DNA from: Candidatus Nanohaloarchaea archaeon
Lineage (GTDB): Archaea; Nanohalarchaeota; Nanosalinia; Nanosalinales; Nanosalinaceae
Length of the DNA: 64,000 nt
Reading direction: 5' to 3'
NCBI GenBank assembly: GCA_042218075.1
Contig: JBDGRK010000003.1
Location: 32,001-96,000, forward strand
Positions 1 to 8,563 of this stretch are shown here, one piece after another (position 1 is the first letter of the stretch; each line of letters opens with the position of its first letter). Made by a program: the position numbers and the translations under genes. Below the pieces are notes generated by a model. The model saw nothing but the letters and a program-made list of their open reading frames with translations. It did not search any database and was not told where the DNA came from.

Positions 1-266
1 AGAAGCAGGGAAGAGCCATTAACGCAGTGATGAGCGGTCTTGGACCGGCTCTGGTCATGGTACTCGCTCTTTCACCTTTTGTTTTTACAGGGTTTCTGTC
101 CGGCTACCAAACCACTTTAGTGTCGATCGGAATAGGAAGCTTGCTGCTTTTCGGGTTCGGATCTTACATGGGCAAGATTTCAGGAAGAAAGTGGTACATC
201 GCGGGTACGAGAATGGGGCTGGCAGGTATCTTTGTGGCTTTGCTCAACTATTTTCTCCCGGGATAA
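1..266 (+). CDS. VIT1/CCC1-family membrane transporter, 3' part (truncated by window)
   Basis: Hydrophobic C-terminus LFGFGSYMGKISGRKWYIAGTRMGLAG resembles VIT1/CCC1 C-termini. Confidence 0.6.
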   Translation, partial: KQGRAINAVMSGLGPALVMVLALSPFVFTGFLSGYQTTLVSIGIGSLLLFGFGSYMGKISGRKWYIAGTRMGLAGIFVALLNYFLPG

Positions 267-328
267 GATCGGTTTATAAAAGTTCCTCCCGCTCTACTGT
301 TTATAGTTCAAAGGAGGTGAGTTTTAGT

Positions 329-520
329 ATGAAAGGCGAAGTTAAGTTCTTCCACGACAAGAAGAAGTACGGATTTATAGTGACCGAAGATCTGGACGAC
401 GATCTTTTCTTCCACGTGAGCGATCTCGAAGGAGATTCGATCGAGGAAGGAACTGAAGTCGAGTTCGAGCAGGAAGAAGGCGACAAAGGACCAAAAGCAG
501 TCGACGTAGTCGTTGCTTGA
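329..520 (+). CDS. csp: Cold-shock domain protein
   Basis: MKGEVKFF..KKYGFI..DLFFHVS RNP1/RNP2 motifs; SD GGAGGTGA at 313-320; ATG at 329 preferred over listed start 191. Confidence 0.95.
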   Translation: MKGEVKFFHDKKKYGFIVTEDLDDDLFFHVSDLEGDSIEEGTEVEFEQEEGDKGPKAVDVVVA

Positions 521-619
521 GGTCTCTCAGTTAATTCTGAGTTTTTGATTCCATCAAATTTTCTCCATTCTATTTTCATTTTCCGAAAGTTTCTTGATAA
601 TATCAACTGATTTTTAGGT

Positions 620-1339
620 ATGACAGAACAACTCTACCTACCGGACAACGAGTACCAGAAAGAGTTTGATTCAAAAGTTTCCAAGTCAGGGGAGCAGGAC
701 GGATATATCTGCCTGGAAGAAACCCTGTTCTACAAAGAGGGTGGTGGTCAGCCCGCGGATCATGGAAAGATAAGCTGGGATGGTAAAGAAGCAGAAGTAA
801 CAGATGTTCAAAAAGAGCATGGAGAGATAAGACATTACATTGACGGCGCTGTTCCAGAGGCGGGAACAGAAATTCACGGAGAAATTGACTGGAGTAGAAG
901 ATACAGGCACATGAGGATGCATACCGCCCAGCACGTGCTTTCCTGGGTTGTCCTCAACATGTACAACGCCTCGACTTCCGGAAACCAGATTCATGAGTAT
1001 TACTCAAGGATCGACTTCAAGCCTGTAGATCTTTCAGAGGAAGAGGTTGAAAAGATCGAGAAAGCAGCAAATTCGCTCATAGAGAAAGAACTGGAGGTTG
1101 AGAAGAAGTTTATGCCCCGTGAGCAGGTGGAGCGATCAGTCAAGGAGGGAAGGACCAATCTTGATATAATCCCGGACAGCATCGATCCCCTGAGAGTAGT
1201 GGTAATCGGTGAGGAAGACCTGTGTCCATGTGGAGGAACACATGTCGACAGTATCGACGAGATTGGAAGAATAGAGATCACCGATAGAATTTCCAAGGGA
1301 GCAAACGTGGAGAGACTGGAGTTCGAGCTTGAAAGGTGA
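620..1339 (+). CDS. alaXM: Alanyl-tRNA editing protein AlaX-M
   Basis: GGGQPAD, HTAQH and CGGTH zinc motifs. Confidence 0.92.
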   Translation: MTEQLYLPDNEYQKEFDSKVSKSGEQDGYICLEETLFYKEGGGQPADHGKISWDGKEAEVTDVQKEHGEIRHYIDGAVPEAGTEIHGEIDWSRRYRHMRMHTAQHVLSWVVLNMYNASTSGNQIHEYYSRIDFKPVDLSEEEVEKIEKAANSLIEKELEVEKKFMPREQVERSVKEGRTNLDIIPDSIDPLRVVVIGEEDLCPCGGTHVDSIDEIGRIEITDRISKGANVERLEFELER

Positions 1340-1847
1340 TTTTGTAGATCATATCTCTTTTAAGGTGAATAATTTAGAATACCATGAGGCAGGGGAAGAG
1401 TTTCGTGAAGGAACAAGGATGTATGATGAAGCAGTTGTGGGCAAATTCAACCTGATGCTTAATGATCGGAAACCCTACTCTGGAATGCCCTATAAAATAA
1501 ATCTTTCAGAATCAGCTTTCAATCTATTTCAAATCTACGAAAAATCTGAGCAGAACATTTTCGAGGGTTATGTCTTGACTTGTGTATGTGGCGTTAAAGA
1601 GTGTGCGAAGGTTAAATGGAGGGTTAAGCAGAAAGGAGGAAAAATGAATATTGAAATGTCTGATAATTTGGATAATGAACACGGCGTCTACAGTGTAGAT
1701 AAAAAAGACTATTTGAAGGAACTTTCATCATTATTAACAATTTTGATTGACTTCACATCATCCAGGGGTATTTCTGAAGTTAATGGAAGAGATGTAGATA
1801 TTTTTCAAGAAAAAATAGAGAAAATAACTGATTTGAGGCGGAAATAA
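1329..1847 (+). CDS. Hypothetical protein (AT-rich orphan, CxCGxxxC motif)
   Basis: 172 aa ORF overlapping the alaXM stop; TCVCGVKEC. Confidence 0.55.
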   Translation: MKGDFVDHISFKVNNLEYHEAGEEFREGTRMYDEAVVGKFNLMLNDRKPYSGMPYKINLSESAFNLFQIYEKSEQNIFEGYVLTCVCGVKECAKVKWRVKQKGGKMNIEMSDNLDNEHGVYSVDKKDYLKELSSLLTILIDFTSSRGISEVNGRDVDIFQEKIEKITDLRRK

Positions 1848-1871
1848 TAGTTTCGCTCATTAGCCATTATT

Positions 1872-2738
1872 CTACTTCAAGTATTCCTCCAGAAACTTCA
1901 TCGGAGCATAACCGTAACCGGCGTCCTGGTGCCAGTTCAGGTTGAGGTATTCTTCCGGAGAAACCCATCTATAGTTCTGGTGCTCCTTTGAAAGCTCAAC
2001 CTCTCCCTCCCAGTCCTCGCAGAAGATTATGAAGGTATCCACGCTGTTTTCCTCCTCAACCTCTTCCCTTACAACATCCTCCATCTCGCCCAATCTCAGG
2101 CCAGTTTCTTCTTCAATCTCTCTTCTTGAAGCCTCGAATCGGTCATCGGCTGCCTTGAACCTTCCTCCAGGGAGCTCCCATTTTCCAGCCATTCTTCCGT
2201 AAAGAGTATACTTATGTCCGCTGTGGATCTTGTCTTCAGCTGTCTTCTGCACGGCCAGAAACTTCCCTTCCTCATTCTGTATCAGCAGCTTTACCACTTG
2301 GATTCCGTCTCCCTCACCGTAATTTTTATCCGATTGCCTGTAATCCTCGAGAAACTCTATAACCGGTATAATGTACGAAGCATCTCTGTGCCAGTCGAGC
2401 TCTCTTGCCTCCCCCTTTTCAATCCATCGGAAATCCTGGTGCTCATCGCTGAGCTCTATCTCGCCTGAAATCTCATCGCAGAACATCACGAAACATTCCA
2501 GGACTTGTTCATGCTCGATCTCCAGCCTAACAAGATCCTCCAATCTCTCTATCTCGAGCCCGGTCTCCGCTTCAATTTCTCTCCTGCCAGCTTCGAAACG
2601 ATCCTCTCCGTACTCCATCTTCCCGCCCGGCTGCTCCCATCTATCTCCCATGAAATCATATTCGGGTGATTTCTTCAGCATCAGCAGCTCTCCATCATCG
2701 TTCTGGATCAATAGTTTAACTACTCTTGTCTTATCCAT
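1872..2738 (-). CDS. Tandem NUDIX-domain hydrolase
   Basis: Two Nudix boxes (GGKMEYGEDRFEAGRREIEAETGL; GGRFKAADDRFEASRREIEEETGL); internal duplication. Confidence 0.9.
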   Translation of the reverse strand: MDKTRVVKLLIQNDDGELLMLKKSPEYDFMGDRWEQPGGKMEYGEDRFEAGRREIEAETGLEIERLEDLVRLEIEHEQVLECFVMFCDEISGEIELSDEHQDFRWIEKGEARELDWHRDASYIIPVIEFLEDYRQSDKNYGEGDGIQVVKLLIQNEEGKFLAVQKTAEDKIHSGHKYTLYGRMAGKWELPGGRFKAADDRFEASRREIEEETGLRLGEMEDVVREEVEEENSVDTFIIFCEDWEGEVELSKEHQNYRWVSPEEYLNLNWHQDAGYGYAPMKFLEEYLK

Positions 2739-3113
2739 TCAGAAATCACCTGATTCTGTCTCCACTTTACTGCATTTTTCTCTCAGTTCCTCATCCAGTG
2801 TCGCCAGTTTTTCTCCATGCATCCTGGCTAAATAAATGAAGGAAGCATCGTAGAATGCTATTTCTTTTTCACCGGCAATTTCCATAGTTTCCTGCCTGTC
2901 AGCTTTCCAAATTTCTATCTCTTTCTCAATCATATCAAGCAACTCGAGTAATTCCTCTTGTTCCTCCTGTTCGATCTGTTCAAGAAGTGTATGCTGCTTC
3001 CAGATAATGTTGCTGACTTCGTAGAATGCGAAGTCAAGTGTTTTCGAGCCAAAAAGTTGCTCAACTTCTCCCTCCTCTATAGATTTGAAGATAAAGCTTG
3101 AGTCAGCTATCAT
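2739..3113 (-). CDS. vapC: VapC/PIN toxin
   Basis: IADSS..YEVSN..YDASFI..LATLD PIN acidic residues; overlaps antitoxin stop. Confidence 0.85.
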   Translation of the reverse strand: MIADSSFIFKSIEEGEVEQLFGSKTLDFAFYEVSNIIWKQHTLLEQIEQEEQEELLELLDMIEKEIEIWKADRQETMEIAGEKEIAFYDASFIYLARMHGEKLATLDEELREKCSKVETESGDF

Positions 3114-3328
3114 CTATTCTCACGATCTTCCCGGATGGACTTGACGATTTCCTCATCACCTATATCCAGCTTTCTGCTCAAATCTTCAGCCTTCTCTTCA
3201 ATCTTTTCACGCCGTCTTCTTTCGATCTCCTCTTTTAAAGCTTTCCTGATAACCTCACTGACTTCTATGTTTTCTTCCGAAAGCCTGTCCTTCAGCTCGT
3301 CTGGAACCCTTGCAGAGACGGTCGCCAT
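3110..3328 (-). CDS. vapB: VapB-type RHH antitoxin
   Basis: MATVSARVPDELK..VSEVIRKAL ribbon-helix-helix; ATG at 3328; 4-nt overlap with vapC. Confidence 0.8.
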   Translation of the reverse strand: MATVSARVPDELKDRLSEENIEVSEVIRKALKEEIERRRREKIEEKAEDLSRKLDIGDEEIVKSIREDRENR

Positions 3329-3416
3329 AACTGTAAACAAAAATGTAATACTTAAATGTTTTACGTCAAGAGTTTTTGGCCGGGGATTATTGAACATTGG
3401 CCTGATTTCTAAATAC

Positions 3417-3779
3417 ATGAATGAAGGAAGTCATTTAATTTGGGAAAATTATAGAGATTTTCTGACAGAGTTTGGCTCGGACGATTTTGAAAAAATACAA
3501 TCAAAATTGAACCCGGAAGGCAGGGTGTTGGTAAGCTATCCAGACGGTAGAAGTAGCGTGTGGACAGAAGAAGTGCTTTCCAGATATGAAGATCTGAAAA
3601 ACAGTTTCGGGAATCCGGATCAGTACATTTGTGAGACACATAACGGTTCTAAACTTGTTTATGTTTCAGATGATGGAGAATTGCTCTTCTCTGTCTATGA
3701 ATCAGGAATTGAGTCCGGCATAAGTGGTTCGATCTCTGAATGGCTACGGTTTATCGGTGAAGAACTCCTTTCAACTTGA
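3417..3779 (+). CDS. Hypothetical protein (orphan)
   Basis: Acidic 120 aa ORF from ATG 3417, stop abuts ABCE1 stop. Confidence 0.55.
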   Translation: MNEGSHLIWENYRDFLTEFGSDDFEKIQSKLNPEGRVLVSYPDGRSSVWTEEVLSRYEDLKNSFGNPDQYICETHNGSKLVYVSDDGELLFSVYESGIESGISGSISEWLRFIGEELLST

Positions 3780-5561
3780 TCACTTCTCGTAGTACTCTCC
3801 CTTCTGTCTCTGCTCACGGTCTTTCTGGCTTTCGGGTTTGTTGGCTCTCATCCTTCCGGAATCGGGGTCCTTCCTGAATGTTATTCCAACTTCCTCCAGG
3901 AATCGGTCCATCGCATCTCCGATCTTCTCCGGCTCGGAACTACTTCCCTTCACTCCAGGCTCGCCGCTGAATACCATTCCACGATCAGCGACGTAATCCA
4001 GGAACATCAGGTCGTGGTCGATTACCATTAAAGGTTTCTCAGTCTTCCTCGCGAACTTCTTCAGCATCTTGCCGAGCTCTACCCTAGCCTCAACGTCGAG
4101 GTAGGCAGAGGGCTCATCCAGCAGGTAGACTTCCGCATCCCTGGAAAGGCAGATCGCGATCCCGACTTTCTGGAGCTCTCCTCCTGAAAGATCTTCGAGG
4201 TTGTTTTCGTAGAGCTTCTCGATCCCCAGAGGCTCTGCGATCCTGTTCTCGAACCTCTTCGATTCAATATCCGCATTTTTTGATAGAGCCTCTTCCACGG
4301 TCTCATCCTTGGCCTCAAGGTACTGCGGCTTGTAGGAGATCAAAACATTGGTAGATTCGCCTTCATCCGGCTCTATGCCTCCAGCCATCATCTTTGCGAA
4401 CACGGTCTTGCCGAGGCCGTTCTCACCGAAGATAGCCAGTATCTCTTCCTGATGGAGTTTCCCTTCTCTGGTCTCGAGCTCAAACTCTCCCTGACCGAAA
4501 TCCTTTGAGAAAGAAGGAAACTCAAGCACAGTCTTATTCTGCTCCACCCTGCTTCTCTTTGTACGATCAAACTTGATCTCGTCAGATCGGAAGCGGACAT
4601 TGTCGGAGGGAAGATAGCCCTCAAGGTACCGGTTTATGCCCTCCCTTGTCGACAGAGCGTTCGATACCATTCCGTAACCAGCAGGTTCGCCGTAGAATAT
4701 GTGTATAGAGTCCGATATCAGGTCGAGTGTCGCGAGGTCGTGCTCTACTGCCAGGACTTTTTCATCATCCAGCTTCCTGATCTCCCTGCCTGTCTCCAGT
4801 CTCTGCCCCACATCCAGGAAGGAGGAGGACTCGTCGAACATGTATAGATCCGCGTCATGGAGAAGTGTCCTGGCTATCGCCACCCTCTGGAGTTCTCCCC
4901 CGGAGAGGTTTTCCAGCTGCCTGTCAAGCAGATGACCTAAATCCAGCCTCTCCACCATCTCTTCGGCTTTTCCTCCTGAATCCTGCAGGAAATCTCTCAC
5001 CTTCCCATCGAACACCTCTGGAAGCCTTTCCACCTGCTGTGGCTTATAGGCTGATTCGACCTCGCCCTCCGAGAGAGCCTCGAAGTGGTCCTGGAGCCCT
5101 GTCCCGCGGTACTCCCTGACTATCTCTTCCCATCCGGGAGGACTCTCCCAGTTCCCGAGGTTGGGTTTGATCTCTCCTGACAGGATTTTGAGTGATACCG
5201 ACTTCCCGATGCCGTTCTCCCCGATCATTCCCACGGACCTACCCTTCTCCGGCGTGGGAACCCCGTAAAGCCTGAAGGAGTTCTCGTGGAACTGGTGGAT
5301 CTTATCCCCCTGCTCGAAGGGAAGCTGAATCATCTTGATCGCTCCCTCATGGGGGTAGCGGTTGATCGCCATCTTGTGGGACTCCATCACTTTCTCATCG
5401 TCGATGTGGAGCTCCTCGTTCTCGTCCAGGTAGAATCCTCCATCCTGGCCCGACCTGTTTAGAGGGTCGTACTTGATCACCGTCTCCCTCGCAAGATCCG
5501 GCTCGATCTTCTCCTGGTCTATGGCGACAATGAACTTCTTCGAGTTTCTGTCCGTTGACAT
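3780..5561 (-). CDS. abcE1: Ribosome recycling ATPase ABCE1/RLI (cysteine-free N-terminal domain)
   Basis: Two ABC NBDs (GENGIGKS, GENGLGKT; LSGGELQ x2), YKPQ motifs, C-terminal ITFRKD..GRMRANK..S.KDREQ hinge. Confidence 0.95.
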   Translation of the reverse strand: MSTDRNSKKFIVAIDQEKIEPDLARETVIKYDPLNRSGQDGGFYLDENEELHIDDEKVMESHKMAINRYPHEGAIKMIQLPFEQGDKIHQFHENSFRLYGVPTPEKGRSVGMIGENGIGKSVSLKILSGEIKPNLGNWESPPGWEEIVREYRGTGLQDHFEALSEGEVESAYKPQQVERLPEVFDGKVRDFLQDSGGKAEEMVERLDLGHLLDRQLENLSGGELQRVAIARTLLHDADLYMFDESSSFLDVGQRLETGREIRKLDDEKVLAVEHDLATLDLISDSIHIFYGEPAGYGMVSNALSTREGINRYLEGYLPSDNVRFRSDEIKFDRTKRSRVEQNKTVLEFPSFSKDFGQGEFELETREGKLHQEEILAIFGENGLGKTVFAKMMAGGIEPDEGESTNVLISYKPQYLEAKDETVEEALSKNADIESKRFENRIAEPLGIEKLYENNLEDLSGGELQKVGIAICLSRDAEVYLLDEPSAYLDVEARVELGKMLKKFARKTEKPLMVIDHDLMFLDYVADRGMVFSGEPGVKGSSSEPEKIGDAMDRFLEEVGITFRKDPDSGRMRANKPESQKDREQRQKGEYYEK

Positions 5562-5598
5562 AATCTATCATGGAATTCGCAATCTTAATATTCAATGG

Positions 5599-5862
5599 TC
5601 AGAAAAGACCGGAAAATTCTTCTCTTGCCCTGCTCTTTACTTCATCGAATTCCTCGGCTATTTTTTCTCCCTTCTCTGTCCTCTTGCCGTACTCGAGAAT
5701 ATACCTGTATGAACCGGCGCTTGCCGCGGTTACATTGGCTGTACCAATTGCACCGGTACCTGTTTTATGCCCGGCGATTGCACCTAAAGTAAATCCCAAT
5801 GCGTAGTAAGCCCAGATGTATCCGTCTCTTATATCCAGATGTTCTTCGGAGATAGATGACAC
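5599..5862 (-). CDS. Hypothetical small protein
   Basis: 87 aa ORF between nusA-like gene and abcE1, Gly/Ala-rich hydrophobic segment. Confidence 0.5.
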   Translation of the reverse strand: MSSISEEHLDIRDGYIWAYYALGFTLGAIAGHKTGTGAIGTANVTAASAGSYRYILEYGKRTEKGEKIAEEFDEVKSRAREEFSGLF

Positions 5863-5865
5863 CCT

Positions 5866-6372
5866 CTACTCAAAGCTCAGGCTGTACTCTTCCTCGGTTA
5901 TCTCCGCGATTATATTCTCAAATTCTTCGACGGAGAGGTTGATCTTCCCCTCGTACTCCTCGTCGACGACAATCTTCTTGCTCTGTCCCTCCGGCGAAAA
6001 GACGGTGTTAATGGATTCAACTTCTGCAGGACTCAGGAGACCCTTGATCGTGTCTATGTCGTCCTCGGCTTTTTCCACTACGCGTATCGATTTCCCTATC
6101 CTGTCGGCAACTTCCTTCACAATATCGCCGCTTCTTCCCACTACTTTTGCGCCGTCTCCCTCGGCCGTCACGATCACGATCACGTTCTCGGCCTCGAAAA
6201 CTTTAAGGATTTCAGAGTCCTTCAGCGAGGCGTATTCCGAGCTGAGATCGTGTAGGATCCTTGAGACCTCTATATCTGTCTCCGTTATCTCTCCGTCCTC
6301 GAGCTTCTCCTCGCACATGCTGCATAGCTCGTCCTCGCTCTTGACGCATACGTTGCAGATTGGAGTCTTCAT
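5866..6372 (-). CDS. NusA-like KH-domain protein with N-terminal CxxC/CxxC zinc motif
   Basis: PICNVC..LCSMC; VVGRSGDIVK..GKSIRVVE KH motif. Confidence 0.8.
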   Translation of the reverse strand: MKTPICNVCVKSEDELCSMCEEKLEDGEITETDIEVSRILHDLSSEYASLKDSEILKVFEAENVIVIVTAEGDGAKVVGRSGDIVKEVADRIGKSIRVVEKAEDDIDTIKGLLSPAEVESINTVFSPEGQSKKIVVDEEYEGKINLSVEEFENIIAEITEEEYSLSFE

Positions 6373-6425
6373 GTAAAGACGGGTGCTACCAAGAATTAAA
6401 TAGGTGGACGATCGCTGTTCTGGTA

Positions 6426-6569
6426 ATGACTGTATTCGAACTCGAAGATGGAGATCAGGAGATTGGAAGATTGCTTGGAAAGTATGCTGAAGTGAAGGCT
6501 ACTAAAAGTGCTGATGGACCCGGTTATGTAGTAGAATTTTACGCAGAACAGGGATTTTTAGGAGATTAA
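6426..6569 (+). CDS. Hypothetical microprotein
   Basis: Acidic 47 aa ORF MTVFELEDGDQ.. between two minus-strand genes. Confidence 0.35.
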   Translation: MTVFELEDGDQEIGRLLGKYAEVKATKSADGPGYVVEFYAEQGFLGD

Positions 6570-7081
6570 TCCCTTATAACTTTCCTGATCAGTTCAAGGG
6601 AATCCAGGAATCCGACTATACCCACCATAAGTACCGCGTAGAAAAGGTAGAAAGAGTTCAGGTAAGTGAGCAGGATTCCAAGTGCCAGGATTCCGATCCA
6701 TACCTTTTCTCCCAGCCTCAGACCATAGTTTTTACTCATTCTGGACGAGATTTCCCTATTCAGTAACATTGCCAATGAGATCGAAGCAAGAGAAAAGAGC
6801 CCGACCAGTCTCGTGACGGAGCTGTGGAGCGAGACAGTGGATACCGCGATCACTGGAACCATGAGATTGCTTACTGATTCGACTACCTTCCTCCATGTAT
6901 TCCTCCCCTCCTTGAGTATCAGCTTCCTGTTGTATCCCAGGATCAGGTAAGCAGCTATAGTTCCCAGTGCTGAGATGAACCCCATTCCTGTATCTGTAAA
7001 CTTCAGCGCGAGGGGAGAAGCCGAAAGTATTATTGATAGGGTTCCGAGAATCGTTATGAAGTAGTTTCTCACAGTTAACAA
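6566..7081 (-). CDS. Hypothetical membrane protein
   Basis: Several hydrophobic segments; start uncertain. Confidence 0.6.
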   Translation of the reverse strand: MLTVRNYFITILGTLSIILSASPLALKFTDTGMGFISALGTIAAYLILGYNRKLILKEGRNTWRKVVESVSNLMVPVIAVSTVSLHSSVTRLVGLFSLASISLAMLLNREISSRMSKNYGLRLGEKVWIGILALGILLTYLNSFYLFYAVLMVGIVGFLDSLELIRKVIRD

Positions 7082-7109
7082 TCCTGTTCAAGTGTTAAAC
7101 TTTTTCCGG

Positions 7110-7216
7110 TCTGAGAAAATAAAAGAAGATTTAAGACCTCCGCTAAGGGGGGAGGGGAGTGTGACGGTGACCAGAGAGCCTTTTTGACCCTCTGATCCCG
7201 AACACGGAGGTCTTAA
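7110..7216 (-). terminator. Structured element downstream of ftsZ followed by a U-rich tract
   Basis: 12-bp inverted repeat 7131-7142/7205-7216 enclosing a 12-bp hairpin with 3 G-U pairs on the minus strand; then ATCTTCTTTTATTTTCT. Confidence 0.55.
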
Positions 7217-7262
7217 GGGGGTGTGAAAGGGGAATATTAGATAATGGTAAAGTGAAAGGGAA

Positions 7263-8330
7263 TCAGTTCTCGATTACCTCGATTCCCAGGTCGTTGACGT
7301 CTCCGCTGACTTCCGTTTCGTGTTGCTCTTCCACGTCTCCGAGGACGTATGGTGACTCCACGCCTGTCACGATTGAGATCACCTGGAGCTTTCCTTCAAG
7401 CTCATCCTTGACTCTCGCGCCCCAGATCACCTGGGCCTTGTTGTCGAGGTGTCTCTTGACTTTCTGGCCCACCTCGTTGATCTCGTTCAGGGTCAGGTCC
7501 TGTCCTCCAGCGATGTGGATTAGAGCTCCATTCGCTCCTTCGAACTCCACGTCGAGCAGAGGATTGCTCAGCGCCTCGTGGATTGCTTCTTCTCCCTTGT
7601 TGTTGGTGTCGCTCTCTCCGTATCCCACTACAGCTACACCTCCTTCGTTCATGATGGTCTGGACGTCTGCGTAGTCGAGGTTGACGAGTGAAGGTTTTGA
7701 GATCGTTTCAGTCACGCCCTTGATCATCGTTGTAATCAGTTCGTCCGCGACTCCAAAGGCCTGGTCAAGAGGCATGTCTCCAGCAATATCCAGTAAGCGA
7801 TCATTCTCAATCACGATCGCGGTGTCTACGTGCTGTCGCAGCCTGTAGAGGCCATCCTCTGCCTTGCTCATCCTTGCACCTTCAATCTCGAATGGCATCG
7901 TGACTGTTCCTATAACTATGCAGTCCTCCTTCTTCGCGATCTCAGCCAGTACCGGAGCCGCACCAGTTCCTGTTCCTCCGCCCATTCCGGCTGTGAGGAA
8001 AACCATGTCAGCGTCCTTGAAGAGCGATCTGAGTTCAGCCCTGTTCTCTTCGGCCGATCTTGCTCCTTTCTCAGGTTCTCCTCCTGCTCCGAGACCTTTT
8101 GTGAGGTCTCTTCCCACGAGAATTTTTCGATCAGCAGAGCTCATCTCCAGGTGCTGCTTGTCGGTGTTGATCGCGACAGTGTCAGCTCCGTCGACCTCCT
8201 TGTTGTGGATTCGGGTAACCTGGTTGTTTCCAGCTCCTCCTATTCCTACAACAAGGATTCTAGCATCTTTTACATCATCGAGGTTTTCGACTTCGTTTTC
8301 GGATTCGGTATTATCGATTAGGGATTCCAT
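7263..8330 (-). CDS. ftsZ: Cell division protein FtsZ
   Basis: GGAGNN, NTD, GLGAGG, GGGTGTG, NLDYADV motifs. Confidence 0.98.
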   Translation of the reverse strand: MESLIDNTESENEVENLDDVKDARILVVGIGGAGNNQVTRIHNKEVDGADTVAINTDKQHLEMSSADRKILVGRDLTKGLGAGGEPEKGARSAEENRAELRSLFKDADMVFLTAGMGGGTGTGAAPVLAEIAKKEDCIVIGTVTMPFEIEGARMSKAEDGLYRLRQHVDTAIVIENDRLLDIAGDMPLDQAFGVADELITTMIKGVTETISKPSLVNLDYADVQTIMNEGGVAVVGYGESDTNNKGEEAIHEALSNPLLDVEFEGANGALIHIAGGQDLTLNEINEVGQKVKRHLDNKAQVIWGARVKDELEGKLQVISIVTGVESPYVLGDVEEQHETEVSGDVNDLGIEVIEN

Positions 8331-8396
8331 AGTATGATCACGCGATAGTTATGCCTAACCTTTTTAAAGCGGCATAGCTAACTCTACGATAGAACC

Positions 8397-8520
8397 CAAA
8401 GCCCAATTTGATACGATACATTCCCCGGATTCAACGCCCAAGTCGAATCCGATAGTCAAACAAACTCGCGCCCAAACGAGTTTGAGTCAACATGTCAGGT
8501 TCGTGCGCCCAAACACGAAC
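8397..8520 (-). repeat. Array of four stem-loops with identical UUGGGC loop upstream of ftsZ (leader or sRNA)
   Basis: GCCCAA on + at 8401, 8436, 8470, 8507, each in its own inverted repeat; stem mismatches are G-U pairs on the minus strand. Confidence 0.75.
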
Positions 8521-8554
8521 ATGTAAACTTGTAACCTATAATTTTCTAACCCTG

Positions 8555-8563
8555 TTTATAAAA
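8555..8563 (-). promoter_or_regulatory. TATA box upstream of the hairpin array and ftsZ
   Basis: TTTTATAAA on minus strand, about 35 nt upstream of the first hairpin. Confidence 0.55.

Noticed and set aside
191-328. Long N-terminus of ORF 191-520
   Set aside because: Cold-shock fold and strong SD indicate a start at 329
8397-8520. Mini-CRISPR interpretation of the periodic repeats
   Set aside because: Only 6-9 nt recur, the period is about 35 nt, the variable parts are self-complementary stems, and no cas genes are in the window
8487-8522. 11-codon ORF MFVFGRTNLTC in the ftsZ upstream region
   Set aside because: Very short, no SD, and explained by the hairpin sequence; not fully excluded
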